From Lama glama (taxonomy: Eukaryota), in assembly GCA_028534125.1 (NCBI GenBank), contig CM052816.1, forward strand, positions 63,800,001-63,864,000: DNA of 64,000 nucleotides, given 5' to 3'. A program made the translations under genes and the position numbers. This document shows positions 63,374 to 64,000 of this stretch, piece by piece. The notes under the pieces are model-generated. The model saw nothing but the letters and a program-made list of their open reading frames with translations, did not search any database and was not told the origin of the DNA. How positions within the stretch are numbered: the first letter of the stretch is position 1; each line of letters opens with the position of its first letter.

Positions 63374-64000
63374 GCTTCAGACTTCCCCTCATGAACATCT
63401 CAAACTAGCAGATGTGTGATTGCATCCTGTACACATGCATCGACATACCGATGGGTCTCTATTCCAGCTGCAGTGCTAATGCCAGCACCAACCACTGGCA
63501 CGTCTAGATTCATTGCCAGGAGCTGTTACCTTTCACACCCAACTCCAGGTGTCCAGGTATGCCCCTCAACCTATCCCTCATCAAGAAGAATGCTAAGAGG
63601 CAGCTGAACCACTACCCTGGAACTGCAGCTCAAGATTGTGGGGGCAGGAGTTCCAAAGTGACTCCTGTCCACACCTCACCGTGCAACCTTGAGGAAGTTC
63701 CTCTACAATTCCCTGCTTCAGTTACCTTGGCTATAAAATTAAACTAATGGCATGGATCTACTTGCCAGAAATGTCATAAGATTTAATGAGCAAATAATTG
63801 TAAAGTGCTCCATAAATATAAATTGTTGCACAATTGCTAAATAACTTCATTGTGTAAAATTCCATAGACATCTATCCTGTTCCTTTGGGTTTTTTAAAAA
63901 AATCACTATTTATTTGATTTATGCACGCAAGATAGCATTTGCCTAAAAACCCTTTCTTACATGGGTATTCTCTTTGATTTATTCTCTTTCACTCTGCCAG

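Overview
This is mammalian (eutherian) non-coding, repeat-rich genomic DNA. It is AT-rich and CpG-depleted, with no CpG island, no recognisable intact protein-coding gene, no RNA gene and no prokaryotic features. The ORF track is almost entirely noise or decayed retroelement frames. Recognisable content: (1) a decayed ERV-L provirus on the minus strand (5' LTR, Leu-type PBS, gag, protease, start of RT; ~9.06-12.27 kb); (2) many solo LTRs (MLT1, MLT2, an ERV1-like LTR); (3) L2, MIR, old L1M and an L3/CR1 endonuclease remnant; (4) MER58/MER33/MER94/MER5/Tigger5 DNA transposons; (5) one young L1 piece whose 3' UTR is of cetartiodactyl type. I saw no Alu, B1, Bov-tA, PRE1, CHR or SINEC copies, so a camelid origin is my tentative inference. 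The most notable unexplained items are a ~0.9 kb non-repeat, nearly open minus-strand frame next to the ERV-L LTR (candidate pseudogene or orphan exon), a tail-to-tail rearranged young L1 with a candidate TSD, a tail-only TPRT insertion with a 16-bp TSD, a 3x23-bp ETS+E-box tandem array, and a few candidate exons. I found no convincing new multi-gene system. Repeat subfamily names come from recall of consensus sequences, not a search, and boundaries are approximate unless a TSD is quoted.
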